From an uncultured Candidatus Saccharibacteria bacterium (lineage in GTDB: Bacteria > Patescibacteriota > Minisyncoccia > Phycocordibacterales > DATDWN01), in NCBI GenBank assembly GCA_964608465.1, contig CAZSNI010000002.1, positions 23,273 to 87,272 on the forward strand: a stretch of 64,000 bases of DNA, read 5' to 3'. Below the pieces are notes generated by a model. That model made no database searches, was not told the origin of the DNA, and was given only the letters and a program-made list of their open reading frames with translations. Position 1 is the stretch's first letter. Every line of letters begins with the position of its first letter. The translations under genes were made by a program, and so were the position numbers. Of this stretch, positions 61,838-64,000 are shown piece by piece.

Positions 61838-63232
61838 CTATTTCTTCAAAGTTTTTATATTCAACTCAAGTAGTTGCTCGTCTGAAATCTCAGATGGAGA
61901 ATCCATCATAGGATCCTTACCTTCCCCTGTTTTAGCAAAAGGAATAACTTCTCGAATGTTTGGTTCGTTTTGAAGTAGCATAACTAGTCTATCTAGCCCC
62001 CACGCAATACCTCCATGTGGTGGAGTTCCTAGTGAAAAGGCAGAAAGCATGTGACCAAAGTTTGCCTTGATACCTTCGATACTGTGACCCATAACTTCAA
62101 ATACTTTTTCTAGAGCTTTTGGATCGTGGTTTCTTATACTTCCTCCTCCGATTTCAAATCCGTTTAAAGCAACATCATATTGTGTAGTTAGTATTTCACC
62201 AATGTTCTCTTTTTTCATTAGCCACTCAACATGTTCTGGTTTTGGTCGTGAAAAAGGGTTGTGTGTAAATGTCCATGCTCCAGTGTCAGTTTTCTCAAAG
62301 AAAGGAAAATCTATCACCCAACAGAATGCTAACAAGTTTGGATCTGTTTTGTCTTCTCGTAAGTCTGGCTTGTCGTTGCCATATTTCTCCATTGCTTCTG
62401 CATATGTAAGTCGTGGGAATGGAACGGTCTGGATTTTCTTTTCAGGATAAAGTTTTGTTACAAGTTCAATAAGAAGTCTCTCGTTTAGCTCCATTACATC
62501 CTCTCTTTGTACAAAAGAGAGTTCCATATCTAACTGTGTAAACTCTGGCTGTCTGTCTCCACGAGTATCTTCGTCACGCATACATCGGGCAATCTGGAAG
62601 TATCTCTCAACACCCGCTGTCATCAGTAGTTGTTTGTACTGCTGTGGTGACTGTGGAAGCGCGTAAAACTTTCCTGGGTAAAGTCTAGCTGGAACAACGT
62701 AATCTCGAGAACCTTCTGGAGTAGATTTTGTTAGCATAGGAGTTTCCACCTCGATAAAGTTTTCTGAGTCTAGAAAATCTCTAATGTATTTTATTATTTT
62801 GTGTCTGACACGAATATTTTTCTGCATTCTGTCAGAACGTAAGTCAACGTATCTGTATTTTAGTCTTACTTCTTCGTTGATTTCTTTTGTGTCTCCTGAA
62901 ATATCAAAAGGAATAGTATCTGACTTGTTTAAAACTTCTATACCAGTTATCTCTAGTTCAATATCGCCGTTTAGCACTCCAGCTTTTACGTTTCTTTCTG
63001 GTCTTTTGTTTACTATTCCAGTAACAGCCAAAACCCACTCAGTTCTAACTTCTTTTACTGCCTCAATAGCTTCAGTGTGGTTTGGAAGTACAACTCCCTG
63101 GACCTTGCCAGACATATCTCGCATATCCATAAAAACCATTTTCCCTTGGTCTCGACGAACATCCACCCAGCCTTTAATTACGACCTCCTGCCCTACGTTT
63201 TGCGCCAAATCCTTTATATAAGTTCTTTTCAT
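61838..63232 (-). CDS. aspS: Aspartate--tRNA ligase, bacterial-type core without the GAD insertion (464 aa)
   Basis: FYALPQSPQQYKQLLM, YFQIARCMRDEDTRGDRQPEFTQLDMELSF, and GGGSIRNH. Confidence 0.85.
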   Translation of the reverse strand: MKRTYIKDLAQNVGQEVVIKGWVDVRRDQGKMVFMDMRDMSGKVQGVVLPNHTEAIEAVKEVRTEWVLAVTGIVNKRPERNVKAGVLNGDIELEITGIEVLNKSDTIPFDISGDTKEINEEVRLKYRYVDLRSDRMQKNIRVRHKIIKYIRDFLDSENFIEVETPMLTKSTPEGSRDYVVPARLYPGKFYALPQSPQQYKQLLMTAGVERYFQIARCMRDEDTRGDRQPEFTQLDMELSFVQREDVMELNERLLIELVTKLYPEKKIQTVPFPRLTYAEAMEKYGNDKPDLREDKTDPNLLAFCWVIDFPFFEKTDTGAWTFTHNPFSRPKPEHVEWLMKKENIGEILTTQYDVALNGFEIGGGSIRNHDPKALEKVFEVMGHSIEGIKANFGHMLSAFSLGTPPHGGIAWGLDRLVMLLQNEPNIREVIPFAKTGEGKDPMMDSPSEISDEQLLELNIKTLKK

Positions 63233-63251
63233 AAAAAAAATATATCATAAG

Positions 63252-63280
63252 TTGTCAAAATTATCTATAAAACATATACT
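63252..63280 (+). promoter_or_regulatory. Promoter of cassette K
   Basis: TTGTCA (63252-63257), 17 nt, TATACT (63275-63280). Confidence 0.55.
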
Positions 63281-63297
63281 GCCTTCGGAGGCCTCAC

Positions 63298-63495
63298 ATG
63301 AACCCCGACCTGCGTTTTGTCCCTCGGACTGATGTAAAGACTATCGAGGTATTCGTCGAAGAAGCGTACCTCGCAGACATAACCAAGGACGGCCAAAACT
63401 TCACAATCAACAATATCGCCCTGACAACTGAAGATATAGAGGCGATATTGGAAAAGATGAAGGAGTTAAAAAGACTAAAAGAGGCCAAGAAGTGA
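63298..63495 (+). CDS. GC-rich cassette K ORF: hypothetical 65-aa protein
   Basis: GGAGG lies 6 nt before the ATG and sits partly inside hairpin GCCT-TCGG-AGGC. Acidic core with a KELKRLKEAKK tail. Confidence 0.55.
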   Translation: MNPDLRFVPRTDVKTIEVFVEEAYLADITKDGQNFTINNIALTTEDIEAILEKMKELKRLKEAKK

Positions 63496-63511
63496 AGCCC
63501 TGCAGGTCGAA

Positions 63512-63556
63512 CGCTCGGAAAGAAATCTCTCTTTGCCGGGCGATTTCTTATTTCTT
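63512..63556. terminator. Terminator shared by cassette K and the convergent methyltransferase gene
   Basis: CGCTCGGAAAG (63512-63522) pairs with CTTTGCCGGGCG (63531-63542) with one bulge, then ATTTCTTATTTCTT. Confidence 0.55.
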
Positions 63557-64000
63557 AAAACCATAACAAATCTGCAGTTCTTCCTCCAAAACAAACTCCT
63601 GTCTATCACCAAGCTTACTAGTCATTATTTTTGTTAGTTCAGTAGCAAAACTATCTTTTTCCGTACCACTTAATTTCCCGAACGCTGATGCAGTTTTCAT
63701 AAGTCCGACATATTCTTCAACATTGTATTTTACAACTGTAGGAATTCTATGAGTATCCGCCCCTTCAAGTTCGTGATCCATAAAAAATTCTGATATGTAT
63801 TCTAAATCTCTTAACTCATTAGGAACTTTTTCCCAATTATATTTCGATAGAAAATCCCAAGGAATCGAGTCCTCGTCAGGAACATCCTTCACTGTTAGAG
63901 TCCAGAATACAAATAGCGTTCCTCTTGGTTTTAGCACTCTTTTAATTTCATCGATTGACTGTTTATTTACAAACCAATGAAATGCAGTCCCAACAGTTAC
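63548..64000 (-). CDS. Class I SAM-dependent methyltransferase, C-terminal part (gene continues past window end)
   Basis: Own translation of 64000-63938 extends the track ORF upstream: VTVGTAFHWFVNKQSIDEIKRVLKPRGTLFVF (post-motif II/III region of the Methyltransf_11-type fold). Confidence 0.65.
   Translation of the reverse strand, partial: VTVGTAFHWFVNKQSIDEIKRVLKPRGTLFVFWTLTVKDVPDEDSIPWDFLSKYNWEKVPNELRDLEYISEFFMDHELEGADTHRIPTVVKYNVEEYVGLMKTASAFGKLSGTEKDSFATELTKIMTSKLGDRQEFVLEEELQICYGFKK

Noticed and set aside
1-64000. CRISPR arrays, rRNA genes, IS transposases
   Set aside because: No regularly spaced direct repeats, no rRNA-like conserved stretches, and no DDE or HUH transposase-like ORF seen. 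The only recombinase is the serine integrase at 7168-8715.

Overview
Low-GC bacterial chromosome segment, about 35% GC in hand-counted 60-nt samples. It has a reduced-genome character: short AlaRS and AspRS, a protein carrying only sigma region 4, and many small membrane hypotheticals. A CPR/Patescibacteria-like origin is an inference only. (1) 1-8726 is the right-hand part of an integrated mobile element. It carries Type III R-M mod-res, an excisionase-like HTH, an unknown plus-strand operon with a P-loop NTPase and a zinc-ribbon protein, and a large serine recombinase whose ORF runs into tRNA-Ala(UGC). (2) 9.1-64 kb is housekeeping: VanW-like, two mltG paralogs, ychF, leuS, mnmA, family-4 UDG, pepF, M29 aminopeptidase, alaS, infA-rpmJ-rpsM-rpsK-rpsD-rpoA-rplQ-rplM-rpsI, grpE-dnaK-dnaJ. 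On the minus strand are M23 peptidase, gltX, murG, ftsW, mraY, asnB, a DD-carboxypeptidase, scpB, scpA, a GNAT and aspS. (3) The main anomaly is a set of at least ten short GC-rich islands (about 63-65% GC in the two stretches hand-counted) in intergenic gaps. Each is a self-contained unit: a near-consensus TTGACA-N16-18-TAnnnT promoter, a GGAG-type Shine-Dalgarno, one or two small ORFs with G/C-ending codons and no family I recognise, and a hairpin terminator. Two tandem units (60.07-61.30 kb) share a conserved 5' leader and a near-identical terminator around unrelated ORFs. One unit sits antisense between dnaK and dnaJ, another between rpsI and grpE. Also present are a ~105-nt imperfect-palindromic repeat found twice immediately after stop codons (alaS, mraY) and a 120-nt structured insert between scpA and scpB. 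No CRISPR array, rRNA or transposase was seen. All calls rest on reading the sequence and the ORF track; no database search was possible.
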